DNA of 64,000 nt. Source: an uncultured Anaerolineales bacterium. GTDB taxonomy: Bacteria; Chloroflexota; Anaerolineae; B4-G1. Shown one piece after another: positions 9,460 to 19,585 of the stretch. Location: assembly GCA_964575455.1 (NCBI GenBank), contig CAZNRX010000002.1:35539-99538 (forward strand). Direction: 5' to 3'. The translations under genes and the position numbers were made by a program. The notes under the pieces are model-generated. The model saw nothing but the letters and a program-made list of their open reading frames with translations, was not told the DNA's origin and ran no database searches. Within the stretch, counting starts at the first letter, position 1. Each line of letters opens with the position of its first letter.

Positions 9460-9993
9460 ATGCAGACTGTAAAAATCGTGGTGACAGGGCCTTTCTCATC
9501 GGGCAAGACCCAGTTCATCCAGACGATCAGCGAGATTGATGTCGTCGCCACGGAGCGAAGGATAACGCGTCCTGAGGAGCGCATCAAGGATCAGACGACG
9601 GTGGCGATGGACTTCGGGCGCATCACGGTGGATCAGGCGTTGGCCCTCTATCTGTTCGGCACCCCCGGCCAGCGACGATTCGACTTCATGTGGGAGGTTC
9701 TCTCCGAGGGGATGTTGGGGTTCGTGGTCCTGCTTGACAGCGTCCGCCCGGAGACGTTCCGAGAGGCTCGTGATATCCTGGCTGCTTTCCGTTCCTACGC
9801 CCCGGTGCCGTACATCGTGGCTGCGAACAAGCAGGATCTGGAGGACGCCTGGTCCCCTGAGGATCTGCGCATTGCGCTTCGCATACCGGAGTCGATCAAG
9901 ATGGTGCCCTGCGTGGCGACTGAGCGGGAGAGCGTCAAACGCACGTTGCTTGAGCTTCTCTATCTGGTTCTGGAGACCGTGGAGGAGGACTAG
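9460..9993 (+). CDS. MglA-like small Ras-type GTPase
   Basis: G1 GPFSSGKT, TTVAMDFG, G3 GTPGQ, G4 NKQD. Confidence 0.88.
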   Translation: MQTVKIVVTGPFSSGKTQFIQTISEIDVVATERRITRPEERIKDQTTVAMDFGRITVDQALALYLFGTPGQRRFDFMWEVLSEGMLGFVVLLDSVRPETFREARDILAAFRSYAPVPYIVAANKQDLEDAWSPEDLRIALRIPESIKMVPCVATERESVKRTLLELLYLVLETVEED

Positions 9994-10404
9994 AATGACC
10001 GCGGATTCGCGATCCGTGGGGAGCAAGAAGGCGTAATCTGAGTTATCGGGACAGGGTAACTGCTGCACGTGCAGCGAGAACGTTGCCTCTGTCCAGCGGG
10101 TTGTTGCGTCGGCGAGCGTCCCTTAGCGGTCGAGCCGTGCCATGGCAGGTTCGGCCGCTGTCGTTGTAAGGGGCGTTAACTTCGCTTTAACGTAACTGCA
10201 ACTGACGCCTCGGGCAGCTTGATGTATCATGAGGGTTGACCTGATGGCGCTTCCCGCCGATGGGAAAGGGCCATCGTGAGACGAGCGGGGACTTATCATT
10301 CTCGGCAACCTTGCGGAGATTGCACGAACCTTCGGAAGGTTTGGCTCGGGGAAAGGGTGCAGCGAATGCCCGGACAGCTTGGGCGTCGGTGAGAGCTGTT
10401 GTTT

Positions 10405-11211
10405 ATGAGTTCGATGGTGACGGACCGTGGCATCGTCCACTACGAGGTCTATGGTCGAGGTAAGCCTGTCATTATGCTGCACGGTTGGCTGGAGTCCTGG
10501 GATCACTGGCGGGGGACCATGGGCTCTCTGGCGCGCACGCACAGGGCCTATGCGCTCGACTTCTGGGGATTCGGTGATTCGGGGAAGCAGGGGGTAGGCT
10601 ATACTGTCCGAGACTACGTTGAGATGGTGGACCAGTTCATGGATCGCCTGGGCATCTGGAGTGCCTCGGTTCTGGGTCACTCGATGGGAGGCACGGTGTC
10701 GCTAGAGCTCGCCCTGGAGCACCCGGATCGGGTCCATCGGGTGGCCGTGGTGGGATCGCCCATCCAGGGGGAGGGATTGGCTCTGTTTCTGCGGCTGGCC
10801 GCCCGACGTTTCTGGGCCAGCCTGGCCTACCATATGCCCGGGGCTGTGCCTCTTGGCGTGAGAGCGTTCTCTCCATTCCTGGCCCGCGACTGGAAGACGT
10901 GGTACCGGATGTTCGAGCGTGATTTCTCGCGCACCACGCTGGAGTCGTTTCACCTAAGCATCGCGTCTCTGTATGAAACCGACCTGAGCCCGCGATTGCA
11001 TGAGATTCAGATGCCCACGCTGGGCATCTATGGTCAGAAGGATCGGATTGTCGATCCCGATCAGGGTGAGGTCCTGGCTGAAGGCGTGCCTGACGCCGAG
11101 GTGCGCCGTTTTGATCGCTCCGGTCACTTCCCCATGCTGGATGAGCCGGAGCGGTTCTACCGGGTGCTGGGGCAATTCCTCAACCATCAAGGTGCTCGCC
11201 ATGTCCACTAA
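10405..11211 (+). CDS. Alpha/beta hydrolase
   Basis: HGWL oxyanion region, GHSMGG nucleophile elbow, GQKD acid, GHFPM catalytic His. Confidence 0.9.
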   Translation: MSSMVTDRGIVHYEVYGRGKPVIMLHGWLESWDHWRGTMGSLARTHRAYALDFWGFGDSGKQGVGYTVRDYVEMVDQFMDRLGIWSASVLGHSMGGTVSLELALEHPDRVHRVAVVGSPIQGEGLALFLRLAARRFWASLAYHMPGAVPLGVRAFSPFLARDWKTWYRMFERDFSRTTLESFHLSIASLYETDLSPRLHEIQMPTLGIYGQKDRIVDPDQGEVLAEGVPDAEVRRFDRSGHFPMLDEPERFYRVLGQFLNHQGARHVH

Positions 11212-11962
11212 CTCATCCGTTGATGCGTCGAGCAGCGTTGAGAGGAAGAAGGATGCCTCCTATTTCTTCCCCAACAAGATGGGACGAATCTTCTTCCTGG
11301 CGTTAGAAGAGGTCTTGGGGAACACGAAGAGGGACACGAAGGCACCCGAGAGCGCCTGGCGCGCGATTCTGAGCTCGGCCAGGCTGCAGGATCGTCTCGA
11401 TGATTATCCCCCTAACGACTTCGCTGCCGAGTTCTCCTTCGACGAGTTGGGGCGGATTCAACAGGCTCTTGAGGCGTTGTACGGTCTCCGTACTGGTCGG
11501 AGACTGGCGAGACGGACTGGCAGGGCGTGTTTTAGAATCGGCGTTGAGGATTTGCGTCCGGTGCTGGGGATTGCCGATCTGGTGCTTCGGATCCTTCCTC
11601 TGCGTATGAGGTTCCGGGTTGGATTCGAGGTGCTGGCCCACATGTTTGATCGCTACTCGGATCACGCGGTGCGGTTGGAGGAGGATGAGCAGTACTTCAG
11701 GTGGGTCACCGAGCGCTGCGGGGTGTGCTGGGGTAGAGAGACTGACGTACCCTGCTGCGATCTGATGGTCGGTCTTCTGGAGGAAGGGCTCTACTGGCTC
11801 AGCGGGGGCGCGAGTTTCTTCATTGAGGAGAGTTCTTGCATAGCTACCGGGGACCCTGCGTGCGTTATCCTGATTGGTAAGCGTCCTCTGGCTGTGGAAC
11901 GACACGAAGAGGGGCGCGAAGGGCGCGAAAAGGGAGACGAAGGGCACGAAGGGGGGGTATGA
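11201..11962 (+). CDS. V4R (4-vinyl reductase-like) domain protein
   Basis: FPNKMGRIFFLALEEV...CGVCWGR...PCC...LYWLSGG...EESSCIATGDPAC; ATG at 11201 overlaps the hydrolase stop. Confidence 0.78.
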   Translation: MSTNSSVDASSSVERKKDASYFFPNKMGRIFFLALEEVLGNTKRDTKAPESAWRAILSSARLQDRLDDYPPNDFAAEFSFDELGRIQQALEALYGLRTGRRLARRTGRACFRIGVEDLRPVLGIADLVLRILPLRMRFRVGFEVLAHMFDRYSDHAVRLEEDEQYFRWVTERCGVCWGRETDVPCCDLMVGLLEEGLYWLSGGASFFIEESSCIATGDPACVILIGKRPLAVERHEEGREGREKGDEGHEGGV

Positions 11963-13257
11963 TGCGGAAGGTCATTCTTAGGGACCGCAGCGACATCTTC
12001 CCATTCAACGAACCAGCCCGCGATCTTCGGGTGTTGAATAAAAAGCTGTACATTCATCAGGGTGACGTCGTCGATAGGGTCCTGGCCCCTGACTATGTCA
12101 CCGCGGTCCGTGAGGTCGACTCGCTGGCTGATCTTGATGCCAGTGAGGTCGAGACGATTGCGTTTCGAGACAACCTGTTCTTCGACGAGCCTTTCTTGAG
12201 CGAGTTCGTCCGCCGAGCCCGTGCGTCGGGAACCGCCTGTCAGGTTGCCTTCTCGCTCGATGATCCGGCGATGACCAAGCACGCTCTCCCTCTGCAGCGC
12301 GGCATTCGCCGGGAGGGAGACGTTTACGTCGCGGACTTGTGGTACTTCCCGCACGGCGTCGAGTCGAACGTGCGCTACCTGGTCGTGGATACCGAGCCGA
12401 GTGAGATGGGCTACTATCACGTTCCAACGCACATGTCGAACGCGATGGGAGATCTCGTCTACTACGTGCCCACCAAGGGCTTCTGCTCTATCGAGCATTG
12501 GGTGCATACCATCACGGCTAATATCGTCTTTGGCGTCTACGCTGAGGGTGCGCGGCTAGATCGCAAGATCGAGCAGAGTGTCGGCAAGAACCTGAGGATA
12601 CTCTGGCGGGCGATGCTTGAGCGGCGACAGCTTCTGGAGTGCTCGGAGGTGGTGCACATAGGCCGCAACTGCAGTATCGACCCTTCGGTCACGATCCGTG
12701 GGCCGACCTACATCGGCGACAATGTCAGCATTGGCCCAGGTGCCGTCATCGACGTCTCCTACATCGGGGATAACGTCGATATTGGAACCGGCGGGCAGGT
12801 CATGCTGAGTGTGGTGTCGGATCGATGTTTTCTGCCGTTTCGAGCAGCCATTTTCATGAGCGTGATGATGGCTGATTCGATGGTGGCGCAGAACACCTGT
12901 CTGCAATTCTGCAGCATCGGTCGCGACACGTTCATCGGGGCTGGAAGCACCTTCACGGATTTCAACCTGGTGCCGGATAAACCCATCAAGGCGATGAACC
13001 GAGGTAAGTTGGAGGAGACCGGAATGCCCGTTCTTGGAGGCTGCGTGGGGCATAACTGCTTCGTCGGCTCTGGGATGGTGGTCTACCCGGCTCGGTCCAT
13101 CGAGTCCGACGTCGTCTTGCTGGCCTCGAACGAGAGAGAACGGTCACGCGTGATTGATCGCACGATCACCTATGAGGATAGCGATCACTTCACGATCAAC
13201 GGGGCTGATTCTCACCGACGATGGTATCCACGGCGAGGAGGGGAGCGTCGGATCTGA
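11959..13257 (+). CDS. Left-handed beta-helix (hexapeptide repeat) protein, GlmU/acyltransferase-like
   Basis: Repeats IGRNCSID, IGDNVSIGPGAVI, IGDNVDIG, IGRDTFIG, VGHNCFVG; N-terminus loosely resembles an NTP-transferase domain. Confidence 0.7.
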   Translation: MMRKVILRDRSDIFPFNEPARDLRVLNKKLYIHQGDVVDRVLAPDYVTAVREVDSLADLDASEVETIAFRDNLFFDEPFLSEFVRRARASGTACQVAFSLDDPAMTKHALPLQRGIRREGDVYVADLWYFPHGVESNVRYLVVDTEPSEMGYYHVPTHMSNAMGDLVYYVPTKGFCSIEHWVHTITANIVFGVYAEGARLDRKIEQSVGKNLRILWRAMLERRQLLECSEVVHIGRNCSIDPSVTIRGPTYIGDNVSIGPGAVIDVSYIGDNVDIGTGGQVMLSVVSDRCFLPFRAAIFMSVMMADSMVAQNTCLQFCSIGRDTFIGAGSTFTDFNLVPDKPIKAMNRGKLEETGMPVLGGCVGHNCFVGSGMVVYPARSIESDVVLLASNERERSRVIDRTITYEDSDHFTINGADSHRRWYPRRGGERRI

Positions 13258-13265
13258 GCACGTCC

Positions 13266-14279
13266 ATGGAGAGCTTCGCGTTTGTCGTCCATCCTCTCGA
13301 TCTCAGGCAGGACGTGGCTCGCCGCTATCCGTTCCTGGCGCGGACGCTGCCCGCGGCGCTGGTTCGCTTTCTTGCCCGCCGATGGCCGCCGCTGCTGCTC
13401 TCTCACGTGAGGGGCTTGCGCTCGCAGCAGAACGGGAGGATGGCCGAGGGTTGGCTGCTGGCTTGTCCTCTGACGGCCGGTCAGATGCTCAAGCTCCCTC
13501 CCCAGGCCGTCTACGACAGGATTGTACAAACGGGACGATTAGCCCAGCGGCAGGGAGCGCGCATCCTTGGACTCGGAGCCTTCACCTCTGTGGTGGGCGA
13601 CGGCGGTGTAACAATCGCCCAGCGGCTGAATATGCCCGTCACCACCGGAAACAGCCTCACTGCGGGTCTGGCGGTTGAGGCGTTGAGAGATGTCTCGGAG
13701 GAGCGAGGGCTGGAGATGGAACGAGCAGCAGGCGCAGTCGTAGGGGCCTCGGGAAGCATCGGCCTGGCGTGCGCGGAGATGCTTGCTCCGGTGCTGGAGA
13801 GACTGATCCTGATTGGGCGACGCGAGATTCGACTCGGCCAAGCGCGAGCGCAGGCGGAGGCTGCGGGGGCGGCAAGAGTGCAGACATCGACGGACCTTGG
13901 CGATGCCGTGGAGGCGGATGTGGTGCTGAGTGCCACCAGCACCGTGCGACCTATCCTGCAACCGTGCCATCTCAAGAGGAACGCGGTCGTCTGTGACGTG
14001 GCGCTTCCACCGGATGTGGCGCCGGCGGTGAAAGAGGAGCGGGGTGATGTGACAGTCATCAGCGGTGGCGTTGTCAGTGTACCTGGCTCCGTTGATTTTG
14101 GCTTCGATTTCGGGCTGCCCGCAGGCCAGGCCTACGCCTGCATGGCAGAGGTGATGGCCTTGGCGTTGGAGGGGCGGTATGAGAGTTTCTCATTGGGGCA
14201 GAAGGTTCACACAGCGAAGGTGCGAGAGATCACGCAACTCGCTCGTAAGCATGGGTTTCGGTTGTGGGACGGCTTCTGA
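13266..14279 (+). CDS. Long-chain acyl-ACP reductase-like (shikimate/semialdehyde dehydrogenase-like) protein
   Basis: FAFVVHPL, LGLGAFTSVVGDGG, VTTGNSLT, VVGASGSIG, CDVALP, YACMAEVMALALEG; pattern of cyanobacterial AAR homologues with the Cys retained. Confidence 0.7.
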   Translation: MESFAFVVHPLDLRQDVARRYPFLARTLPAALVRFLARRWPPLLLSHVRGLRSQQNGRMAEGWLLACPLTAGQMLKLPPQAVYDRIVQTGRLAQRQGARILGLGAFTSVVGDGGVTIAQRLNMPVTTGNSLTAGLAVEALRDVSEERGLEMERAAGAVVGASGSIGLACAEMLAPVLERLILIGRREIRLGQARAQAEAAGAARVQTSTDLGDAVEADVVLSATSTVRPILQPCHLKRNAVVCDVALPPDVAPAVKEERGDVTVISGGVVSVPGSVDFGFDFGLPAGQAYACMAEVMALALEGRYESFSLGQKVHTAKVREITQLARKHGFRLWDGF

Positions 14280-14299
14280 GCTGACCGCGAGGAGGAGAC

Positions 14300-15205
14300 A
14301 TGTCTCAAGGTAGAATTCTGGTCGTTGAAGATGATGCTGATATCTCAAACATGTTGCGCATTTACTTCGAGTCAAAGGGCTACGACGTGTCTTTGGCCCG
14401 GCGTGGTGAGGATGCGCTCGAGATGTGTCGGCATCGGCTGCCGAACGTCATTGTCCTGGATATCATGTTGCCAGACATGGACGGCTATGACGTCTGTCGA
14501 CAGCTGAGGGACAGCCTGCGGAGCAGTCACATCCCCATCATCTTCTTGACCCAGAAGGATGAGCGTTCCGATAAGATTCGAGGCCTCGAGCTGGGCGCCG
14601 ACGACTACATCACGAAGCCCTTCGACGTGGAGGAGCTCAACCTCCGTGTCCGAAATGCCATGGCGCGTTCGAGGTACGAGAGCCTCACCAATCCGACCAC
14701 CGGTCTGCCCAGCGGTCAACTCATCGAGGAGCGCCTGCGGCAGTTGGTGCGAAGGGACGACTGGGGCGTCGTCTACGTCGGCGTCGCGGGCCTTGAAGCG
14801 TTTGGTGAGGCGTATGGCTTCGTGGCCGGGGAGGAGGTCCTGCGGTTCACGGCCATGGTCTTGAGCCAGGCGGTAGATCGTGTCGGAACACTCAACGACT
14901 TCATCGGTCACGTGGGCAGCGATGAGTTCATCGTTGTGACCAGGAAAGGAAAGGCGAATCGCCTGGCAAGGGAGGTGAAGGAGCGTTTCGAGGCGAACGT
15001 GGGCACTCACTACGATTGGCAGGCGCGCGAACGGGGATATCTCATCGTCGAGGATGAGGAGGGCAATGAGACGAAGGCGGATCTCATGAGGCTTGTGGCT
15101 GGCGTGGTCACGGCTGATGAGGGGCCATTCGTCGACATCCGTGAGATCACCGAGGCGGCTGCCAATTCCCGCCGTCAGGCGGTAAGCGCCGATCAAGCGG
15201 AGTGA
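14300..15205 (+). CDS. Response regulator with degenerate GGDEF-like domain
   Basis: REC (VVEDD, LDIMLPD, ITKP) plus TNPTTGLP...GHVGSDEF. Confidence 0.82.
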   Translation: MSQGRILVVEDDADISNMLRIYFESKGYDVSLARRGEDALEMCRHRLPNVIVLDIMLPDMDGYDVCRQLRDSLRSSHIPIIFLTQKDERSDKIRGLELGADDYITKPFDVEELNLRVRNAMARSRYESLTNPTTGLPSGQLIEERLRQLVRRDDWGVVYVGVAGLEAFGEAYGFVAGEEVLRFTAMVLSQAVDRVGTLNDFIGHVGSDEFIVVTRKGKANRLAREVKERFEANVGTHYDWQARERGYLIVEDEEGNETKADLMRLVAGVVTADEGPFVDIREITEAAANSRRQAVSADQAE

Positions 15206-15229
15206 CCCAGCAACGATTCCAGACATAGC

Positions 15230-18200
15230 ATGAGTGACACAGGCAAGAACAAGCGGCTGGCTGAGGCATTTAGCAGCCTCAGGCGTGTTAGCCGGGAGAT
15301 CAACACCACGCTGGATCTGCAGAGGATCCTGGATGTGGTGCTGCAGGCCTCCGTGCGCCTGAGTGGCGCGTCCCGCGGAGCCATTCTCGTGCGGGAATCG
15401 GAGGACAGCGAGTTCGATCTGCGGGTCGCCGCCGGCTACAGCGAGGACGAGAGGACGGACATCCGTGACACCTTGCAGGAGCCTGAAGCCCATCCTGTCC
15501 TCGGGGAGGTTCTGCGCACTGAGCAGGCGTTCAGCTTCCCGGGTGCCTGGGCGAGATCGCCCGTCGTCCCGGATCCAGCCTCAAGGGCGGAGAGGGACCT
15601 GGCAGGAAGCCCGTTTGCCCAGGACGAGTACGTCCCGGATGCGCACGCTATGATGGTCGTCCCAGTCTTCTACGCCCAAGCCCTGACTGGTTTGATCGTT
15701 CTGGAGAGCGAAGATCCGGAGGCGTTTGATCCAGAGTTAAGGCGATTCATTGAGGGCTTGGCCGATCAGGCGGCCACAGCAGTTGGCAACGCGAGGCGAT
15801 ATCAAGAGCAGCTTGAGCGCGGTGAGCTGCTTCAGACGCGTGCGGAACAGCTTGCGTCGGTGCTCGAGGTGGCGAAGGCGCTGCGCTCCGATCGCCCTCT
15901 TGAGGACATCCTGGAGGAGGTTGCTTACGGCATCCAGGAGACGGTGGGGTTCGATCTGGTGCTGGTCAGCGTCGTGAAGGGGGATCCGCCTGTGCAGCAC
16001 CGTGTGGCTGCTGCTGGCATTCCAATTCTGGAGTTTGAGCGTATTCAAGATGTGCACCAGCCGTGGTCCCTCGTCGAGAGGGTGATGGAGGATAGATTCC
16101 GTATCAGTCAGAGCTTCTACATCCCGGCCGAGGGGCGTCCGGCGTGGTTTGATGAGGAACTCGATACCCATGCGATTGAGGACGGCACTCTGCCCAGGCC
16201 GCTCCGGCCCAGGCCGCTCCGGCCCAGCTCCCTGCCTGACCACGATCAGAGCATTGTCCGCGAGCCTGGTCACTGGCACCCCAGAGATATGCTGATTGTG
16301 CCTCTCGTTGGCCCTGGGGGCCACGCGAAGGGCGTCATCTCGCTGGATCAGCCGCGCGATGGCCTGATTCCAGATCGGAGCACCGTCGAGGCCGCGGAGG
16401 TCTTTGCGGCTCAGGCGGCTGTGGCGATCGATAATGCCCAGATGGTTGAGATGCTTCAGCGGCGTGCGGACGTCCTGTCTCTCTTCAACGAGATCAGTCA
16501 GTCTGCCACCGCCAAGCTGGCGTTGGACGAGGTCTTGGACGACGTCGTGGAGACGGCGCCACGTTTGTTGCCCTGCGATCACAGCAGTATCTTCCTTCTT
16601 GACGCCGAGGAGCGGCGCTACGTGCTCCAGGCCGTGCACGGATCCCCACTTGACCCAAGGCGGTCCCCCGCCCGCGGTCTCCCCCCATCGCCCAGGCGGT
16701 CTCCGCCCTCGACCCAGTCTCCGCCCATCTCATTCCTCCCGGGTGAGGGGCTTGTGGGTCAGGTCGCCGAGACGGGTGTCCCTTTGACGATCGACAATGT
16801 GGATCAAGCCCGCGGCCTTCTCCTGGCCTCCAGGATCAACATGAGGACCGCAGCCCTGACGCCGCTGACCGTTGGTCACCAGGTTGTGGGCGTTCTCTGC
16901 GTCGGTCGACACGATCCCAGCGACTTCTCGGCAGCCGAGGTGGCCATGCTCTCGGCGTTGGCCGACCAGGTCTCCGTGGCCGTCGATAACGCTCGTCTCT
17001 TCGAGGAGGTGCGCGGTTTCTCTCAAGAGCTAGAGCAGCGCGTTGAGCAGCGCACAGAGGAGCTTGCCGCAGCCATGGAGGAGCTGGCGGAGGAGCGTGA
17101 TCGGGTGGAGGCGCTCTATCGCATCACGTCTCAACTGTCGGCCAGCCTGGACCTGGATCATGTCTTGAACAAGGCCACCGCCTCCATACTGGACGTTGTG
17201 GGCGCCGATCAGGCCGCCACGTTGCTGGTGGACTCGGAGTCGCGCCAAGGCCGTACACCTCCCCTTATCCTACGGGCCATAGTTGGCGAACTGGGTCGTC
17301 CGCCAAGCCCCCAAGGCCACGACCTGCCTCCGGGCGGAAGGCCGACGCGTTTCTCTGTCGGTGAGGGCTTGGCGGGATGGGTGATTGAGGAGCGCGCCAT
17401 CGCCATCGTGCCGGATCTGCAGCAGGATGATCGCTGGGCCGAGCGACGGGACGAGGGCGGTCATACCCTCTCAGCTCGACCCCGATCCGCGCTGGCCGTC
17501 CCCCTGCTGGTCAGCGGTCAGGTGCTGGGAGCGATACTCCTGCTGGATCGTTCGGTCGAATACTTCCAAGAGGAGCACCTGCGCCTCGTGAAGGCGGCTG
17601 CCGTCCAGATTGCTCAGGCCATCAACAATGCCGAACTCTACAACGTGATTAGAGAACAGGCGGAGCGCCTGGGCAACATGCTCAAGGCTCAGCAGGTCGA
17701 ATCCACCAAGAGCCAGGCCATCCTGGAGGGGGTCGCGGACGGGGTGATGGTCACGGACGCCGATGGCGAGGTCATCCTCTTCAACGCCGCTGCGGAGCGC
17801 ATCCTCGACCTGCCGCGCGAGGAGGCCATGGGACGTACCACCCGGCAGATGCTGGGGCTCTACGGCAGTCAGGCGCAGGATTGGATGGAGACCGTTGCCC
17901 AGTGGCGGGAGCATCCCGAATCCTATGCCAGGGATGACTTCCTGGCCGCGCAGCTGGACATTGAGGAGCGTATCGTAAGCGTACACTTGGCGCCGGTCCT
18001 AATGGGCGCGCGCAGCTCCCTTCCGCAGTTTCTGGGCACCGTATCCGTGTTCCGTGATGTCACTGTGGAGGTGGAGGCTGATCGCGCCAAGACCGAGTTC
18101 GTGTCGATGGTATCGCACGAGTTGCGCACGCCGATGACGTCCATCAAGGGGTACACGGACTTGATGCTCATGGAGTCCGTCGGCTCGTTGAGTGATGGAC

Positions 18201-19579
18201 AGGAGAAATTCCTATCCATCGTGCGCAACAACGTTGACCGCCTGACCATGTTGGTCGATGACCTGCTCGACATCTCGCGCATCGAGAGCGGCCGCCTGGA
18301 GCTCGCGCCACAGCCCATCAGCTTGCAGGCGGCGGTGGATCGAGTGGTCGCGTCGATAGAGGCGCGTGCCAAGGAGAAGGGAGTCCTTCTGCGGTCGCAG
18401 CTGCCATCCGATCTTCCGATGGTTCACGCCGATCCGGATCGCGTGGCCCAGGTTCTCACCAACCTCGTGGGGAACGCCTACCAGTACACGCCGAGTGGGG
18501 GTGAGATTGTTGTGTCGGCCCAGGCAAGGGATGGGGAGGTGCACGTCGCCGTGCAGGACACCGGCATTGGCATCTCGCCGGAGGACCGTGAGAAGATCTT
18601 CCATCGATTCTTCCGCGCCGATAGCCCCGAGGTCCAGCAGACGTCGGGCACTGGATTGGGGCTCCCCATCGTCAAGTCCCTGGTCGAGATGCAGGGCGGG
18701 AGGATCTGGGTGGAGAGCGAGCTCGGCGAGGGAAGTTGCTTCACCTTCACGCTGCCGACCGCCGTAAGCGCGACGACGCCTGAGCCGGTAGCCGTAAGCG
18801 CAGCGACGGGCTCCTCCACATTCCTAGTTGTTGAGGATGACTTGGACATAGCCGAGCTGATCCAGTTCCATCTTTCGGAGGATGGTCGCGAGGTCCTCAT
18901 CGCCCAGCGTGGCGACGAGGCGCTTGCGCTGGCCAGGCAGAAGCAGCCGGATCTGGTCACCCTGGACGTCATGTTGCCCGACATGAGCGGCTTTGAGCTG
19001 CTCGAAGCGCTGAAGGCCGATCCAAGGACGCAGGACATCCCCGTCATCATCGTGTCCGTGGTGCCGGATCGACGGCAGGGGCTGCGTCTGGGGGCGGTCG
19101 ATTACGTCACCAAACCGATCGATGAGAAGAAGCTGCTTGCTGCCGTCCGCCTAGCCCTGAAGCCCGCCCTAGGTGACCGCGTCGACCCGAAGGCCACCAA
19201 CGGCACCATCCTGGTCGTGGACGACGATCGCGATACCCTCTCCCTGCTGGACCACGTCCTGCGGGCCAACGACTTCGCCGTCGAGACCGTGACTCGGGGG
19301 GATGAGGTCCTGGCCCTGGCTCGTGAGGTCCGGCCATCCCTCGTCCTGCTGGATGCGAAACTGCCAGGCCTGGATGGATACACCGTCTTGGAACAGCTCA
19401 AAGCCGATTCAGAGCTTCGTGACGTGCCCGTGATTCTGATGACCAGCAGCGAGATCGTGGGCCATGCCAAGCGACAGAAGGTGCTCGCCTTGGGGGCCGA
19501 GCGCTTCATCGAGAAGCCCTTCTCCGTCGAGGAGCTGGTGGGGCAGATCGAGAGAGCGATGTCATTGCATGAAAGGTGA
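15230..19579 (+). CDS. Cytoplasmic hybrid sensor histidine kinase (about 4 GAF, PAS, HisKA, HATPase, 2 REC)
   Basis: Repeated GAF-ending A.QAA.A..NA.L motifs, SHELRTPMTS H-box, NLVGNA, DTGIGI, GTGLGL, two REC domains with Asp and Lys; no TM segment. Confidence 0.92.
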   Translation: MSDTGKNKRLAEAFSSLRRVSREINTTLDLQRILDVVLQASVRLSGASRGAILVRESEDSEFDLRVAAGYSEDERTDIRDTLQEPEAHPVLGEVLRTEQAFSFPGAWARSPVVPDPASRAERDLAGSPFAQDEYVPDAHAMMVVPVFYAQALTGLIVLESEDPEAFDPELRRFIEGLADQAATAVGNARRYQEQLERGELLQTRAEQLASVLEVAKALRSDRPLEDILEEVAYGIQETVGFDLVLVSVVKGDPPVQHRVAAAGIPILEFERIQDVHQPWSLVERVMEDRFRISQSFYIPAEGRPAWFDEELDTHAIEDGTLPRPLRPRPLRPSSLPDHDQSIVREPGHWHPRDMLIVPLVGPGGHAKGVISLDQPRDGLIPDRSTVEAAEVFAAQAAVAIDNAQMVEMLQRRADVLSLFNEISQSATAKLALDEVLDDVVETAPRLLPCDHSSIFLLDAEERRYVLQAVHGSPLDPRRSPARGLPPSPRRSPPSTQSPPISFLPGEGLVGQVAETGVPLTIDNVDQARGLLLASRINMRTAALTPLTVGHQVVGVLCVGRHDPSDFSAAEVAMLSALADQVSVAVDNARLFEEVRGFSQELEQRVEQRTEELAAAMEELAEERDRVEALYRITSQLSASLDLDHVLNKATASILDVVGADQAATLLVDSESRQGRTPPLILRAIVGELGRPPSPQGHDLPPGGRPTRFSVGEGLAGWVIEERAIAIVPDLQQDDRWAERRDEGGHTLSARPRSALAVPLLVSGQVLGAILLLDRSVEYFQEEHLRLVKAAAVQIAQAINNAELYNVIREQAERLGNMLKAQQVESTKSQAILEGVADGVMVTDADGEVILFNAAAERILDLPREEAMGRTTRQMLGLYGSQAQDWMETVAQWREHPESYARDDFLAAQLDIEERIVSVHLAPVLMGARSSLPQFLGTVSVFRDVTVEVEADRAKTEFVSMVSHELRTPMTSIKGYTDLMLMESVGSLSDGQEKFLSIVRNNVDRLTMLVDDLLDISRIESGRLELAPQPISLQAAVDRVVASIEARAKEKGVLLRSQLPSDLPMVHADPDRVAQVLTNLVGNAYQYTPSGGEIVVSAQARDGEVHVAVQDTGIGISPEDREKIFHRFFRADSPEVQQTSGTGLGLPIVKSLVEMQGGRIWVESELGEGSCFTFTLPTAVSATTPEPVAVSAATGSSTFLVVEDDLDIAELIQFHLSEDGREVLIAQRGDEALALARQKQPDLVTLDVMLPDMSGFELLEALKADPRTQDIPVIIVSVVPDRRQGLRLGAVDYVTKPIDEKKLLAAVRLALKPALGDRVDPKATNGTILVVDDDRDTLSLLDHVLRANDFAVETVTRGDEVLALAREVRPSLVLLDAKLPGLDGYTVLEQLKADSELRDVPVILMTSSEIVGHAKRQKVLALGAERFIEKPFSVEELVGQIERAMSLHER

Positions 19580-19585
19580 AGGAGT

